A DNA stretch of 64,000 nt, taken from NCBI GenBank assembly GCA_013239625.1, contig MU053304.1:930001-994000 (forward strand), in the 5' to 3' direction. The notes beneath the pieces were generated by a model. The model was not told where the DNA came from, did no database searches, and was given only the letters and a program-made list of their open reading frames with translations. This document shows, in pieces, positions 34,362-46,090 of the stretch; position 1 is the stretch's first letter, and every line of letters begins with the position of its first letter. Position numbers and translations under genes: made by a program. This stretch comes from Lama guanicoe. Taxonomy: Eukaryota.

Positions 34362-37022
34362 CTAGAAAGAACACAAAGTCCCAGAGGCATGGGTCAGATG
34401 GTGCTCGACATGACTGAGAGACTTTTCTGTTCAGCAAACCAAGAGCTTCAACTGTCAGCTGCCTTAGTTTCAACTGTCTGATTAAAAAAAAAAAAAGATT
34501 CTGATTTGCAAAAGGGAGTGGAGTTTTTGTACTTTAAAAAAATGAGCTGGAAAAAAGAAAGCTAGCTTTATATATATTACCTCATTTCATCTTCACAAAA
34601 ACCCTATGTAGGTATCATGTCAGGGAAACTACAGTAACAAAAATGACATGAAATTAATTACAATTACAGAGCACTGAAGAAAAAACTCAAAGAGCAGTTA
34701 CTTCCTCCCTGATTTTTAGTTCAAACTCTTTCTTAATAGGAATAGATTTCATCTTTTTTCATAATCACACACAAAATAATTGCATATTGATTTGAGTTTC
34801 CTTATTATAATACCATCTCAGTTATCTGGAGATCACTTGAGATCCCCAACCATCTGGGATAAGGTTAACTGGAACAAAGTTTTTAAAAAGGACTCCAGGC
34901 AGCCAAAACACAGAAAGTCCTTGTTCATGATTCTTTTCTTGGGGCCTATTTACTCTTAATTTGCACCCAACTCTAATAAGACTGGAGCCTTACTTTTCAA
35001 CCCAAAGACAGCTGTATTAGGGATAAAATGGGTAAAAGGGCACTGCCAAGAGGCAGGCAACCTAAAACTATAAGAATAGCTATCAGAGAGTGAGGAAAGA
35101 GATAGAGAAACTTTGCAATTGCTAGCAAAACCTTAGCTACATGCATCTGTGGTGCAGCCTACTGCAACAGCCCTGAAGAAATTACTGGACCATGAGTTAT
35201 AATTACTCTCATGACCTTTAGTCATTAATGAAAGGCCTCATGTCCAGTATGTTTTTTATAGAAGTACAATCAAGTTTAAGGCAGTAGAGAATGATTCCCT
35301 TGCAAAATGTTAAGAAGTTTTAAGTGTTAGTGTTTAATGGGAGTCAAGGATTCCGCATGCCAAGCAGGTTGTGGGGAAATGGGAATACAATGGTTATTAA
35401 ACTCACAAGGGAAAGTGAAAAAACCACGTGGTAAGAACTTGGAGAGCAGAAGCAGATTCTGGGATTTCATTTGTGAACTTGCAAATGTGAGCAGGGGGGT
35501 CAGGGAAGGCTTTCTGGAGGAGGAAGTCCAGTTCTGAATGAAGGAAAAGGAGAGTGGAAGAAAAGGCTTTTCATTCTGAGGCAACTGCAATGTATACAAA
35601 AGCTTGGAGGCCAGAACAAGCTTGGCTCTGGGGACTTGAAAGTTGTTCCCTGGGCATAGGAGATGACTAAGAGAGTTTAAGGGCTCAGAAAATTTTCTAG
35701 GCACCAGTTGATTAGGGGGAAAGAATTTCCCCATGCAGCCACGACAGCAAAGGTGCTGGCATTGACATTCAAAATGACAATCCACCTCAGGACCTTCTCC
35801 AGGGCTTTCAGGATGGTTGTTGAGTTTCAAATTTGGCGGGTTTCCTCACAGACTCAACAGAAGGGTTGTGGGAAGGGATTGGGGAGGTTAGGGCAGGCTC
35901 TGCAGCTGAGAGGGATGATCTTCACCTAAGCAGGCCAGGCTGGCAGGTAAGTCTGTGACATTTGTGACATCAGAGGTACCAGGTCTCCTTGCTGGAACCC
36001 CACCACCACCTGCACCCCCCACCCCCCCCTCCCTTGGCACGGTTGCTGGATTAACACACCAGTGCCAAAGAAGGCAGAACACAGGCTCTATCTTCATTAA
36101 CACTTTATCTAGAAGGGTCTGCAGAAGCTGGAAGGCTTGGAGGGCGGGAGATGCTGGAGAGCGTCAGGTGCTGGAGAGGAGCTGGGGAAAGAAGCTAGAC
36201 TGTAAAGGACGCCCCTGCATTCCCCTGCTTTGCCAGATGCAACTGTACTTAACGTCCATATTTTAATCCCGGGGCACTGGAAAGGTTCTGTAAGACCTTG
36301 TATACCAGGATAGAGGAGATTCTGACCCTTCTGCTGATGGCAACAGTCACCGGGTCTGGGAAGAGACCCTCATTCCCCACTCCACACTTCAGGAGAGTGT
36401 GAAGGGAAGAGAGGAAGACACCGCAGTGGGTGCACAAGCTGGAGGAGTAGCCAAGGGGGACTCGGAAGTTCTGTGCCCTCCGTCCCTTACATCCTTTCCC
36501 CCCAGCTCCAAGTCCCGGCATCCTTGCCTTCTTCCTCTGACCCAGAGGCGCTTCCACTGTGAGCCTGCAACGTCGCACCCCTAGCTCCGTGCCTCGAAGC
36601 TCCTAGTACCGGAAACCCCCCTAGTCCCAGTTCTGTCCTCCTCCCACCTTGAAACTAGCGCATCCCAAGGCCTTCCTATCTCCTCCCCGTCTCTTCCTTT
36701 CCCCCCAACTCCCAGATGTTAGCCCAGCTAACCCTCAACCCTCTCTCCAACAACTTCTCCTGACTTTTGCTTGTCCCCTCCGTTTTCCTAAGCCTCTGTA
36801 TTTCCCATGCACTCAGGATCCCCCCAGGACAGACTTGGCGCCTTGCTCAGGGCCCGCTCCACGCTAGCTGGGAGGCCTCGTGCTAGGTACCGCCCCTCTC
36901 CCGGCCTCAGTTTACCTCGGTGTACAATGAGGGTGCTGGCCTAAAGAGTTCCAACGTGGGGGCCTTCCCCCAGCCGCCGCCCGCGGCTCGCCCTCGCCCT
37001 CCCGGGCCCCGCGCCTCCTCAC

Positions 37023-37765
37023 CTGGTCGCGCAGGCCCGGCGGCTTGCAGGGCCCTGCAGGCGGCCGCCTGGACGGCCAGGCTGGAGGCCGGGTGGCCGG
37101 GGCAGTAGGCGACCGCCTGCACCGGGCCCCCTGCCTGGCGGCCGAACACGGTGCGTAGCAGCGCCTCCAGTAGCCGCAACTCCGGGGCCACCGAGTCCTC
37201 CGCCTCGGCCTCGGCCACCAGCACCCCAACCAGCGCCGCGCCGGCCCGTCGCCGCCCGCGCACGTCCCGCAGCATCTCCCGCAGGTGGCGCCGCGGCTCC
37301 CGGGCGGCCAACGACGACGCGCGCAACAGCACGAAGACCAGCGGCGAGCGGATGGCGCGCGCCGCCGCCGTCCGGAGCGCCTTCTGCGCGCCGGGCGCCC
37401 CGGGCTCGGCGCCCTCGGCCGCCGCGCCGCCCGGCTTGCCCGCGGCTCGCTGGGGCGGGAACACCGCGCGGGCGAAGTCCCACAGCAGCGCGCGGCTCTG
37501 CTCGCGCTCCCACAGCTCGCCCACCAGCAGCACCTGCCCGCAGCCGCCCGCCGCCTCCACCAGCGCCTGGAAGGGCGGCTCGGCCGGAGGGCGGGAACAC
37601 TGCGCGGGCGAAGTCCCACAGCAGCGCGCGGCTCTGCTCGCGCTCCCACAGCTCGCCCACCAGCAGCACCTGCCCGCAGCCGCCCGCCGCCTCCACCAGC
37701 GCCTGGAAGGGCGGCTCGGCCGGGCGCGCGGGCCGGGCCGCCAGCGCCTCCAGCTCACGCTCCAT
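37023..37765 (-). CDS. C2orf72: C2orf72 orthologue exon 1 (contains frameshifting 136-bp tandem duplication)
   Basis: [49 protein letters not shown]... and, in another frame, ...[24 protein letters not shown]...[10 protein letters not shown]; donor CCAG|GTGAGG; syntenic upstream of PSMD1. Confidence 0.9.
37452..37723. repeat. Tandem duplication, 2 x 136 bp
   Basis: Units 37452-37587 and 37588-37723 differ only at 37452/37588 and 37465/37601. Confidence 0.95.
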
Positions 37766-38008
37766 GCCCGCCGCCGCGCGCCTGCTGCGGCCCTGCTGGG
37801 CCAGCTGCCCGCCTCTCCGGGTGGCGGCGGCGCCCGGGCCCGGGAGGACACGCCCCCGAAGGCTGCGCCCGGCCCGACCCCGGGCCCGCAGACTGAGATC
37901 CCCGAGCTCCAGCCGGGAGCTGGGCGGGGGCAGAGGCTTTCTCCCCCAGCGGTCTAAAGGTGGCGCCTCCCGCAGTCCCTGCGGCAGAGGCGGGGAAACT
38001 AAGCTGTT

Positions 38009-38160
38009 CATCCATCCATCCATCCATCCATCCATCCATCCATCCATCCATCTATATACGTTCATCTGTATCCATTCAACAAGCATTTATTGAACACCTA
38101 CTAGGTGAAGAGGAGCCAAAGGTGGAGAAAGACAGAAAATTATCATGTGAACAAATATAC
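38009..38160 (-). mobile_element. L2 3' end whose tail has expanded into a (TCCA)n microsatellite (38009-38051)
   Basis: (TCCA)n followed by CATTCAACAAGCATTTATTGAACACCTACT. Confidence 0.75.
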
Positions 38161-38651
38161 CTTCACAAACTAGATTGGATTGAAACGCGGAGCAGGTATT
38201 TCTGAGGAGTTCTCGTGGTTTGGGGACGGAATTTTGGAGGCAGGGCTGCCCCTGACTGCTACTTCGGAGTGTTCGGGGTAGAGTGGGCACGAGAGAAGGG
38301 GGTTGGGAGGTGAGAAAAGAAAGGAAGCAGCAGTCTCTTCTGTTACTTCTGTCCTTAACTTAGTTTTGGGCATTCAGCCTTTACCAAAAACAAATTGAAG
38401 GATCATTATTTACACACATCCTTATTACCTGCAGGACACTTCCCTCGGCACTGGGGAGTGAAGGCAGATAGTGTTGCTCTCTGTGGAGCAGAAAGTCTAG
38501 GGGATTGGAGGTGGGGCACTGATGGCAATCTGGTTTATGGGAGATGGGGGAGGGGGAAGATGTGGGGGGAGGGAGGGGGAGGGGGCAGGAGGGTGTCAAA
38601 AAGCCACATCAGAAGCAAGAATGCATTTCCTTTCATTCTAAGGATCTAAGT

Positions 38652-38859
38652 CAGCTTTATCCAATAGAACATTCTGTGATGATGGAAGTATTTTATAATA
38701 TCTGTACCATCCAATGCAGTAGCCACTACCCATATGTGGCTATTATTGAGCACTTGAAATCTGGCTAGTGCAGCTGAGAAACTGAATTTTATATTTTATT
38801 TCACTTTAATTAAATGTAAATAACCATGAAGTGAGTGGCTAGGGCATTAGACAGTGCTG
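38652..38859. mobile_element. MER3 hAT MITE
   Basis: TCCAATAGAACATTCTGTGATGATGGAA...GTAGCCACTA...TTAGACAGTGCTG. Confidence 0.8.
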
Positions 38860-41800
38860 GTCAGGGCTCATTACCTCCCCTCTGTTACACTGTATATACC
38901 AAGGGCCCCTTTGGATCAAGAACATGTTAATACTCAGCCCTCTCCTTCACCATATAGCCCCAGTCTGCTTCGTGGTGACCCCATTTCCTGCCCCCTATAG
39001 TTATGTTGAAACATCTCCTCCTGGAGGGTTTGTATGTCCATTTAATAAAACAAACCTTTTGGGAGTACTTTCTGTGTACAAACATTGGGGACTCAAATGT
39101 ATACAAAGCAGCCCTGCCCTAAATCTGATCATTCAGCAGTGGTTTTAGCCAATGTTTGGGGGAAGAACCCCATATCTTTGTTGGAGTCTTAAAATGACCT
39201 CTTGCCTCTCTGTACCATCTTTGTCTGGAACAGGGGTACAGGGGCTTGGGTGGGAAAAGCACAAGATTTGGAGCAAAAAGCCCTGGGCTGGAGTCAGTTT
39301 GGGTTCCAGCACCAGCTCAGTGCTTCGGTCAACCACCCTGCATTTATTAAGCATCTCTACCATGCGCTGTGCCTGGTGCTGGGAAGACAGCTGCGAACAG
39401 GACAAGTTCCTACCTCTGTGGAGCTGACGGTCTAGTGGAGACTGGGAAAGACAGACGATAAACAAGCAAACACATAAATAACAGCTTCAGATGGTGATTG
39501 GTGCTGCGAAAAGAAACAATGCAGGGCTAACAAGATGGTAATGTACTTGAGATGCTGGCCCCTTCCTGTAAATACAATCCTAAAGATGTCCGCGAAGCAA
39601 GAGGGTAGTTGAAGAGGACTGAGAAACCAATGTAAAAACCACAAGAAGCATACTGCGCCTGCCACTGTCCAGGAGGCAGCAGGTAGCTGGGTTGTGGTGT
39701 GTGGGAAGGAAACAGAAGCCCCTTCCAGATAAGAGCTGGGCGCCCTAGAACAGGATAGGTCAAGTGAACACCTTATAATGTGCTCTTTTCTCTGCCCACT
39801 TTGGTCTCCATAGACCATTATCCAGCTCCAGCCCCATTTCCATTTAGCCCCCACCCCATGGCACTGGAAGGCAGAAAACTGTTGTAGCCTCAGATGGAGC
39901 ATGAGGCTGAGGTTAGAAGTACAAACTAATAAACCTGCAGCACCTAGCAGTCCCTTCTTCCCCCTGCCTGGGTCAGGGCATTCCATCCACAACACCTAGC
40001 TTGTGAAAAGAGCAGTGGCCAGGAGAGTGTGCCCAGAAGTTGCCTGGTAGTGAGAGGGGGTGGCAGTGGCACATGGGGAGTAGCCAAGTCACACTATAAT
40101 GCCAGAAGCAATTCCCATGCCCACCTGTATTCTTTGAGCTCCTTAGGAAAGATACAAAGTAAAACCTAAACATTAGTCCCTTTCAGATTTACCCACTGCC
40201 AGCCAAGGTAGCTGATATCCAGAGGAACGCGAGCTCGCTGAAAAAATTAATCAGATTTCTGGAAAATGTAAGACAGTGCAGATTTAATCAATATATGAAT
40301 TAAGATTCATCTCAATCACAGTAACACAAACTCCAAATAACAGTATTGTAAATGCAATGAAAGTATTTTCTTCTCTTGTAGAAGTTTGAAGGTGGACAGT
40401 TCATGGCTAACAGAGTAGCTCCATTTTACTCGGTCTTTGAGGACTCAGGTTTCATTCCAGATCAATGCTCCCCTATTTTGTCTTCATGATCCAAGCTGAC
40501 AGCTAAAGCTCCAGCCATCACATCTGTGTTCTAGGCAGTTGGCTAGCAGAGGGCTGAGGAAGGAACAAAAATCAATTGACTTCACATTTCTTAACAGCAA
40601 CACTGGATTTAAGAAGATATTTGAATATTTTTAAAGTATCAAAGAGAAAGAACTTTGAACCTAGATTTTTGATCTCCAGCTAAATTAACAGGTTTTTAAG
40701 GGATCAGAGGGTTTATTACGTATAGCCCCTCTTTGAAAGCACTGTTAGGGGAAGCGTTCCAACAGGAAGGGAAATGAACACGGGCGTGTTGAATAACAGC
40801 AAGTAAGAGGGATTAAATCACTTGTTTCAATTATTGTCTAAATGGTGCCGTGTAGCACCAGCAAATCACAGCCTGGGTGGGCATAAGCCAAGAGGGTGGC
40901 AGAGCGGGTGGGGGCCCTACCAGGTAAGGGAATTGACCCCATCTAGGTCACCTTTTTGAGAAAAAGAGGAAAACATATCAACAGACTAGAGAGGAACTCT
41001 CAAAGGGGCCGGTGTTCTTGTACTTTCTTACAAGACTTGTCTAAAACCAACATGCTGCCTCTGGAACTCTTTATTCTCTGGCTCTAAATTTCCAGGTAAC
41101 AATCCCAAACTTCCCAGTGACGGGATGGAGGATGGATCAGAGAGGGCAGGGTGTTAAACAAAGGTCAGAGTCCAGGGCCAGCAAAGTTTATCTTTACCTG
41201 TGCTATTTACATGGCAAAGGTTTAGGTATTAAATTAACAGGAAATTGCAAAGACCTTAGAACAAAGGCAGGAAGCCAAGAATATTTTTCCTTTCCTCTGT
41301 CCATGCCCTAAAAAATCATAAAACAAACAGGCTTTTTCTTATTTCTCTGGTTTATCCATGGAGATATAAAGTGAAACTAGGATTCCTGAAGCAATTTGTT
41401 TCTTAGTGTTTGCTCAAGCAGAACGTGGGAGGAGGTGTGACAGAAAAGTGTTGATTTGGAAAACAAGGAGCAATCTTGGTCTGGTGGCTGGTGCCTCCAG
41501 TCTCCTCTCTTCTCCCTTTCTTTCATCCTACTCTCCTTTTCTTCCCTCTTCCCTCCCTGCTTCTCTTCTCCCCTCTTCCCCTGTCTCCACCTCTGCCTTT
41601 ATTCCTCTTCCATCACCCTTTTGTCCCTCTTTCTTTCCTTTCTTTTCTCCCTTCACTCTCTATTCTCCCCAAAACAATTGTATGAGGAAAGTGGGACCTG
41701 GGGAGACTCTATGAGCTCCCTGGTGAGCCAGATAGAGGGGAAAAAGATCTTAAATGTTCGGGAGACCACAGAGAGGAAGAATATTAGGGAAGCCTCTTGG

Positions 41801-41960
41801 ACCACAGAGGAATGAGGTTGGGATAGGAGGAGGCATGGGAGAAAGTTCTAAGACAGTCCAACAAGGGGCTGTGGGTCCCACTGTGGGGCAGCCCTCTGCT
41901 GTGTCCTGGCTGCTGGATGGCCAGACAGGGCACCACTGCGCTAGGACTTCATTTCCTCAT

Positions 41961-42628
41961 TGTTGGGGCAGAAAAATTTTCCCTCCCTTCTAGATTCTTC
42001 GGCTGGTCTAATAGGCAAATTGACAGAAGGCAAATTAATAGGAGAAAACCAGTTGTAATTATGTACTGGAGCTTCACAAAGACGGGAAATGTAAGGGCAG
42101 CTGGGTGATTGAGGCTTATTCTCCATCCTGAGCTGAAGAATGGGATAGGGGCCTGGGGCTCCAGAGGGGAGGAGGGCCACTTCCAGGAAGATGAGAAGAG
42201 CAGATGGTTGCAAGCATATGTTTGCCCTGCTGTTCAGGTTAAGTCTTTCAGAGGTAAAAAAAAAAAAAAAAAGCAGGGGAGGGCATATCTCAAGTGGTAG
42301 AGCGCATGCTTAGCATACACAAGTCCTGGGTTCAACCCCCAGTACCTCCTCTAAAAATAAGTAGGTAAACCTAACTACCTCCCCCCCAAATAAATAAATA
42401 AAATAAAACAAATTAAAATAAATAAATAAATAAAATAAAATAAATGGTAATTTAAAAAAAGTTTATCTCTGGTAATAGCTGTCTTTTTGATACAGGTCTC
42501 CTTCCTAAATTCTTTGAAGCAGTCATGGGAGAGGCAAAAAGCTTTTCCTAAGTTTATCACCTTCAGCTCAAAACAAATTACATGCCAAAGGGGAACATTT
42601 TGGGGGCAGCATATCCTGTTCCCCTTCA
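41961..42628 (-). mobile_element. ERV1 solo LTR (MER34/MER39-like) containing a SINE
   Basis: Minus strand begins TGAAGGGGAACAGGATATGCTGCCCCCAAAATGTTCCCTTTGGCATG...TTTTGAGCTGAAGG. Confidence 0.7.
42276..42460 (+). mobile_element. Vic-1-like SINE inserted into an LTR
   Basis: GGGGAGGGCATATCTCAAGTGGTAGAGCGCATGCTTAGCAT...GGGTTCAACCCCCAGTACCTCC plus AAACCTAACTACCTCCCCCC and an (A/T) tail. Confidence 0.85.
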
Positions 42629-44689
42629 TGGGCCCCTACCTGGCCAGGACTAGCTCCATTCAGGACGCAGGGAGTGCAGCTCTCCGAGACAGCTGGTGTT
42701 CCTCTGGGGGTCAAGCATCTCAATTTTACCTGAACTCCAGGGCTCTAATAAAGGTTTGTTAAGAAGTCTGGGAGAGGATGCTGTGAGCCAGGGCTTAAAC
42801 CCCTACTGTACCCCTGCTGGGCTCAGTGGTGTCAGAAGAAGAGGCAGGTGGACCTGCCCCCCGCCCCGTCCTCTGCACACCGCCCCCTGCACACCTGCAC
42901 CAGCTGAGTGAATTGTGGGGCAGGGAGGCAATCCTCCATCAGTAGAAACCTGTACTCCCACCGTGTTGAGCCCATCCCACCCCTTCCCATCCTCCGAGGG
43001 GCATAAGGGAGGGGACCTGGGAGTAACAACTGAGGGAACTTCTGTGTGAAGCACAGGCACCAGCCAGCTCTGCTTGGCATTGGGAGAGGCTGACAGGCTC
43101 GCCTGAGCAGGGCGCACATCTGCGTCACCAGCCCAGCGCAAAATGCAGCCTCAGCCTGCAGCCTCAGAGAAGGCATCTGCACCCGCTGCCCTGGCCCTGG
43201 CCCCAGCCTCAAGGTGACTTCATGAGGCTCTGTCAGCACCTGAGGCTCTGGCAGGACAGGCAGGACACGATAGCTTACTTGTGCTGTAGGGACATGGTGG
43301 TGACCACAAAGCCACTTGCCTCCTTTAAAATCCACCTGGCCAGATCAAGTTAGAGCTTGAGAGTGAGTCTACACAGATCCAGCCTTGTGGGAGAATGGTC
43401 AAGAAGGGCCAGGAAGCGACTAGGGTCTCTAAGAGCTGATGGGGCCTTACCTCACCTGGGACTTGAATGTACCAACCTCACTGGACCAGGCACCCTTACC
43501 TGCCAGGCCCCTCAAGGTCTGAGTAGGATTAAAGGGCAGTAATCATAGGAGGTGTCTCCATTCCTCAATCAAGGCTCAGAGCAAGCACCTCTTTATAGAC
43601 TTCTAAATACATGCCAGCTGTGTCCATGGGGTGGCTCTGAGGGCTAGCGCTCACTATGGGCTCCTGCCCCAGGACCCGTGTGTCTCATTCTGGGCACTTT
43701 CTGCAGCCACGTGATCCCCAGCTGATGAACTCTAGGAAGTGTGTGTGTTTTGGGGATATGGATAGTGGGTGATGTCATGATCGCTGTGCACAGGGGTCCT
43801 GATACAGCACAAGGTGGCCATTAAATATTAATTTAATGAAAACATTTCTTGCTCAGTCCAGCTCTGGGCCAGCACTTCTTCTACCCAAAGGGATGAATCA
43901 AGGAATCAGAAGGATGGGCTCAGTGAGTAAATGAAAGGAAACATGGGTTTCACTGCCAGATCTATGTGTTTGACGGAACCTCCCAGGTCAGAGGCTTCCG
44001 TGATCACTGGCTTGGAGGCTGCTCAGCTCACCAATCTCAGGTTGTGTTGGGTGAAGTCAACGGCAGTGTTGCCAGTGACATGATGGTGGCAGGCATTGGG
44101 GGGACAATGAAGCCCTCACTTCATAGCTTTAGGAGATGCCTCTTATCACTGGTAGCGGCAGCTGGAGAAGCAACTGGCCATCTAGGAGACAGGCTATTAT
44201 TACTGTCTTGTGAGGATGATTTCTGTGGCTTTATTGACAACTTAGCTTAGATTGGTCTTCAACATTAGACAATGAGAAGATGGAGTACTTACTGTGACAG
44301 ACACTGTTGGTTCCTTACTCACTGACGCTCATGTTTATTGAGCCCTGATTTTGTTACAAAGGCTATGGGCCCAGCCTTGGGGGTTGGATCCCAAATAGGT
44401 GGAGCATCCATGACATTCTTATTCTTCTTTGCCAGTAATTGGTCCTGGGGTAGGGATGTGACTCAATTCTAGCCAATCCAATACAAGAGAAGGTCCTCTG
44501 GGGAGACTTCTGGGAAAGATTTTCTTCCCTGAATATGAGAGGTGAATAGTCCTTTTTGGCCTGTCATCTTCCTTCTTGCTTGGGACACTGTTGTATGGAC
44601 TTGATATCTGGAGCTGTGGCAGCCAGGGTGTCATCATGAGGGCAAGGCCAAGACAATCAGTATCTCGGGAAAACTCAGTGAACCCATGT

Positions 44690-45340
44690 ACTTTTAGAGC
44701 AACTAAGGCATCTCACCAAGTTGAGGCACGATATCATCAATACTGTAGACCAGTATGATATCCTGCTGAATTGTGAGGTGGCCAAGGTCCATCCAGCACA
44801 GAGTCCAGAAGCGAAATGAAGGAAACATGCTGCCATCCACTCCCTCCCCACCCTTTTTCTGCACTGGCCAGATGGGAGGGTTATACGGGGCTGTGAGAGG
44901 AATCACCCCCTTATATATGCACACCCCTTCACCTCGTTCACAGTGACACTAACACCTGTACTCCCTGCTGGGATGTGGTTTTCCTTTAGATTTGCTATTT
45001 GTTAAAAAGAAAAAAAAGGGAAGGGACTCCAAGGGCTTCCCTTTTGTGCTTTCTATCATAATAGTCTTTACTTTTTGGGTCACAGAGCCAAAATATGGAT
45101 TCTGCCTAAAGTTTAGGGTACCTGTTCAACTATACCCAGATGCTGGAGAAGTAATGGGTTCAGGATTCCATGAGTCTTACTACAAGCAGGACTCCAATCA
45201 GAGCTCCATTTATCACCCAATCAGGTGATATTCTGGTCCCGCAGTGATTAGTGTTAGTTCAGACCTAATGTTGTAAATCCCCTGAAAAGGACTGATCATC
45301 CCTTTCCCCACGGCACAATTGTCAAGTGTATGGTCAGATC
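44690..45340 (-). mobile_element. ERV-L internal pro/pol relic
   Basis: Minus-strand translations VIPLTAPYNPPIWPVQK and IILVYSIDDI (RT YIDD-like), and SELTLI (protease DTGSELTLI-like). Confidence 0.7.
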
Positions 45341-45994
45341 CCTTGAAGGAAAAGCAGAATTAAGACAGATAAACATATATGTTTGATATTATCATATGGT
45401 ATTTAAACATTTTTTTTAATTTTTAAATTTTTAAACAGCAGTTTTTTTTGTTTTGTTTCAGGCAACACAGTTTTTTTTTTCTGTTTTTATTTTTGTTTTT
45501 TTAAAATATGCTCTTTTCCTAAGGGGACCCAGTTTCCATTTAATTCAAGGGGCTGTGAACTGACACATCAGAGAAGCCACTCTACCACTCTGGGATCTGA
45601 AATCAGAGAGACTATTTTGATAGCAGTATCTCCCCAGTAGCAGTCTGCTTAGGATGCTGGCCCTGGCATCACTGATCCTGGCCCCTCAGAATTATGTTGT
45701 TGGACTCTTGTTGTAGCCACTGTGAGTACACTGTGAAAAGTCTCTAGTTGACCATACGGCCTTTGCTTCACTCCTCTGCAATTCAGAGTCCTTGGCAGGA
45801 GTATCTAACTGGCTTAGTTTAGGTAACATGACCATGTACTAATTATAAAGAAGCCGGGAAAGAGATTATTTGATTCCCCTTTGGCTTCCATAGATAGTAG
45901 ATTAGAAGCTTGCTTTTCATCTGCCCTAGAGGCTGGGCAGCCAAATTTTTGGTGATTTTTATCTTTACTTTTTGCTTATCTATGTGGTTGGACA

Positions 45995-46090
45995 TTCTTT
46001 CTTCCTTTCTTCCTTCCCTCCTTTCTTCCTTCCCTCCTTTCTTCCTTCCCTCCTTTCTTTCTTTCTTTCTTGCTTTCTTGCTTTCTTTTA
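45995..46090. repeat. (CCTT/CTTT)n simple repeat, probably the tail of an adjacent minus-strand L1 3' end (to about 46240)
   Basis: Pyrimidine repeat followed by TTTTATTGAGGTACAGTTAACATATAAC...GAAATGATCACCACAATAAGTCTAGT. Confidence 0.75.

Larger units (their letters stand above)
36840..38000. promoter_or_regulatory. CpG island over C2orf72 promoter and exon 1
   Basis: Extremely GC- and CpG-rich block; GC boxes (GGGCGG, GGCGGGG) at about 37920-37995. Confidence 0.9.

Noticed and set aside
36907..38093. Multiple long overlapping ORFs (245-355 aa) on both strands
   Set aside because: Stop-poor GC-rich CpG island plus the 136-bp duplication; only the C2orf72 frames resemble a known protein. The MDGW repeats come from the (TCCA)n microsatellite
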